A stretch of DNA of 64,000 bases, taken from assembly GCA_002497295.1 (NCBI GenBank), contig DANO01000025.1, positions 71,098-135,097 of the forward strand, read 5' to 3'. The notes under the pieces are model-generated. The model was not told the origin of the DNA, did no database searches, and saw only the letters and a list, made by a program, of their open reading frames with translations. Each line of letters opens with the position of its first letter. Position 1 is the stretch's first letter. A program made the translations under genes and the position numbers. Below are positions 62,613-64,000 of this stretch, in pieces. The stretch is from Euryarchaeota archaeon UBA171. Lineage in GTDB: Archaea > Thermoplasmatota > Poseidoniia > Poseidoniales > Thalassarchaeaceae.

Positions 62613-63503
62613 GTGTGGCCCGGCCCAGAAGCCGAGAGTTTCGTCCTCGCAGTAGGCTATCACGGTGCAGCGTACAGCGGATCACAAATACAACCCGATA
62701 TGCCTACAGTACAAGGCGAGATAAAGGACATCATCGAAGAATTGAATTGGTCTGAGAATGCAAAAATACGGCTATCATCGAGAACGGATGCAGGCGTAAG
62801 CGCGAGAATGAACTTAATCGATCTGGAACTCGAACAGTCACTCATGAAGAACTTAGACGAATCTAGAATCATCAGGGCTATTGGAGATAGGCTGTCACCA
62901 CAGCTATGCGTATGGGGTGTTTTTAGAAGAAAATCTTCCTTACCAATACGGCTAGCAGCTTCTCGCACCTATTTGTATCGTCTAGATATGATTCATGGTT
63001 GGAAAAATGATTCAGATCAGAATATTCTGGAAGAAATATGTTCAATTTTCTCTGGAAAACATGATTTTTCAGCCTTCTCGAGACCGGATCCTGAAAGACT
63101 CCCCATCAGGACTGTCGATGAGTGCGCGCTCTGGAGGCGCGAAGATGGCGGAATCATCGGATTCAAAGTTACAGCCGAGTCATTCCTGTGGAATCAGGTT
63201 AGAAGAATGGCTTCAGCGATCAATGCAGTGAATAGCTCAAATTCAAGCATTGATGAAATCGTGGATGCCCTTCGGAACCCTGGCCGTGCTAGGGATTTAG
63301 GCAGAGCTCCGGCCGATGCACTACTGCTCTGGAACATCCAGCACAGGGACACCCCCCTCTCATGGATCGCCCCTCTCCCGGAATTGTCGTTTCACGCGCC
63401 TCCGCTTAGTTCAGACCCTAGAAGCATAGCACGCTGGCGCGCTACAGCTTTATCTGAGATACATACGCTTCTCGAGTCCGATTGGACTTCTAGGTTCACC
63501 TGA
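62613..63503 (+). CDS. truA: tRNA pseudouridine synthase A (TruA/Pus1 type)
   Basis: It carries LAVGYHGAAYSGSQIQP and SRTDAGVSA (catalytic Asp) and has a GTG start. Its 3' end overlaps the converging ribK by 8 nt. Confidence 0.85.
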   Translation: MWPGPEAESFVLAVGYHGAAYSGSQIQPDMPTVQGEIKDIIEELNWSENAKIRLSSRTDAGVSARMNLIDLELEQSLMKNLDESRIIRAIGDRLSPQLCVWGVFRRKSSLPIRLAASRTYLYRLDMIHGWKNDSDQNILEEICSIFSGKHDFSAFSRPDPERLPIRTVDECALWRREDGGIIGFKVTAESFLWNQVRRMASAINAVNSSNSSIDEIVDALRNPGRARDLGRAPADALLLWNIQHRDTPLSWIAPLPELSFHAPPLSSDPRSIARWRATALSEIHTLLESDWTSRFT

Positions 63504-63945
63504 CAATCAAGGAAACAAAGTCCCCATCATCGGCAGGAAGCAACTCTCTAAGAAATGAACTTGCAATTATTTCAGCAGTCTCAGTATGCCGTGTAAGGTC
63601 TGGAATGAGTATGGCACATCCATGCCAAGAAGAGCCATCTCTCGATATTGAGGCCAGGAATGCCGTAGCCCCTCCAAATGAGCGTCCCTCTCTCTCAAAA
63701 CCATTTATTCTCCGGGGTTCGACATCTTCGATAGTATCGCCATCACACAGACCAGCCACTGCCCTCAGACCGGCGTATATCTCCAGGTTTTCCCCTATGA
63801 CTTCGATATTCAAAGTTCCAGGCCACGCAGTTGCACCTAGTACCTCTCTAAACTGCTCCTGGTAGTGCGGCTGGGACATGAAAACCTGAGCTCTCCCGAG
63901 GCCACTCGCCACCTTGCCCTGTATTTTTATCCCCATCACGCCCAC
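63496..63945 (-). CDS. ribK: CTP-dependent riboflavin kinase (archaeal type)
   Basis: GKVASGLGRAQVFMSQPHYQEQFREVLGATAWPGTLNIEV matches the archaeal RibK signature G-x-V-x-SG-x-G...Y...LG...P-x-PGTLN. It has a GTG start preceded by AAGGTG. Confidence 0.8.
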   Translation of the reverse strand: MGVMGIKIQGKVASGLGRAQVFMSQPHYQEQFREVLGATAWPGTLNIEVIGENLEIYAGLRAVAGLCDGDTIEDVEPRRINGFEREGRSFGGATAFLASISRDGSSWHGCAILIPDLTRHTETAEIIASSFLRELLPADDGDFVSLIVR

Positions 63946-64000
63946 ACCTTTTCTACATCTGCCTCACAATATTCTCGCAATCACTGTTTACGGCTGTAAT

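Noticed and set aside
63953-64000. A minus-strand frame is open from the window end to a TAG at 63953-63955 (..ITAVNSDCENIVRQM), immediately upstream of ribK.
   Set aside because: This is probably the 3' end of a gene lying beyond the window. Only 15 codons are visible, so no call can be supported.
1-64000. I scanned the intergenic gaps (3308-3398, 7034-7090, 12551-12615, 20552-20620, 22685-22800, 28724-28835, 34290-34424, 42028-42097, 44171-44283) for tRNA, rRNA, SRP RNA, RNase P RNA, prophage, transposon or defence-island content.
   Set aside because: No cloverleaf-compatible segments, rRNA-like conserved strings, integrases, transposases, restriction, toxin or cas-like genes were recognised. 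The gaps are short and look like ordinary promoter and terminator spacers. C/D-box or other small RNAs cannot be excluded by eye.

Overview
All calls come from reading the supplied translations and the DNA by eye. No searches or computations were run, so family assignments rest on recognised motifs and the statistics are hand estimates.

The window is a compact chromosomal segment, more than 90 percent coding by my estimate. It looks archaeal. Archaea-specific genes include TATA-binding protein, archaeosine tRNA-guanine transglycosylase, RibL FAD synthetase, CTP-dependent riboflavin kinase, archaeal-type RibB and RibH, a SepF-like protein and an HTH_10 regulator. These sit beside bacterial-looking genes: PolX with a PHP domain, a two-barrel riboflavin synthase, a membrane pyrophosphatase and an AmpG-like MFS domain. 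The many secreted protease, PKD and BNR surface proteins and peptidases fit an uncultured marine heterotrophic Thermoplasmatota-like (MGII/MGIII-like) archaeon. That assignment is inference only.

I annotate 61 CDS and a few putative promoter, terminator and SD elements. I saw no rRNA, tRNA, CRISPR array, transposase, integrase or recognisable defence genes.

The observations most worth follow-up are:
- A single ORF fuses an extracellular subtilisin-like protease to an AmpG-like MFS transporter through one TM helix (14971-18780).
- A translationally coupled operon of five genes (ATPase, permease, ATPase, permease, unknown) ends in a Trp-rich protein that weakly resembles the tocopherol-cyclase/CrtC/AttH fold and is followed by a bPH-domain membrane protein (55317-61987).
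- The TATA-binding protein carries a roughly 65-residue acidic insertion in its second repeat.
- A 182-bp intergenic island is about 12 percent G+C.
- An orphan fused E1 alpha-beta 2-oxoacid dehydrogenase has an N-terminal zinc-ribbon extension.
- A fused aconitase-X gene is translationally coupled to an ArcTGT gene that appears to lack the TGT zinc motif.

None of these is proven to be a new system. Each finding carries a concrete test.
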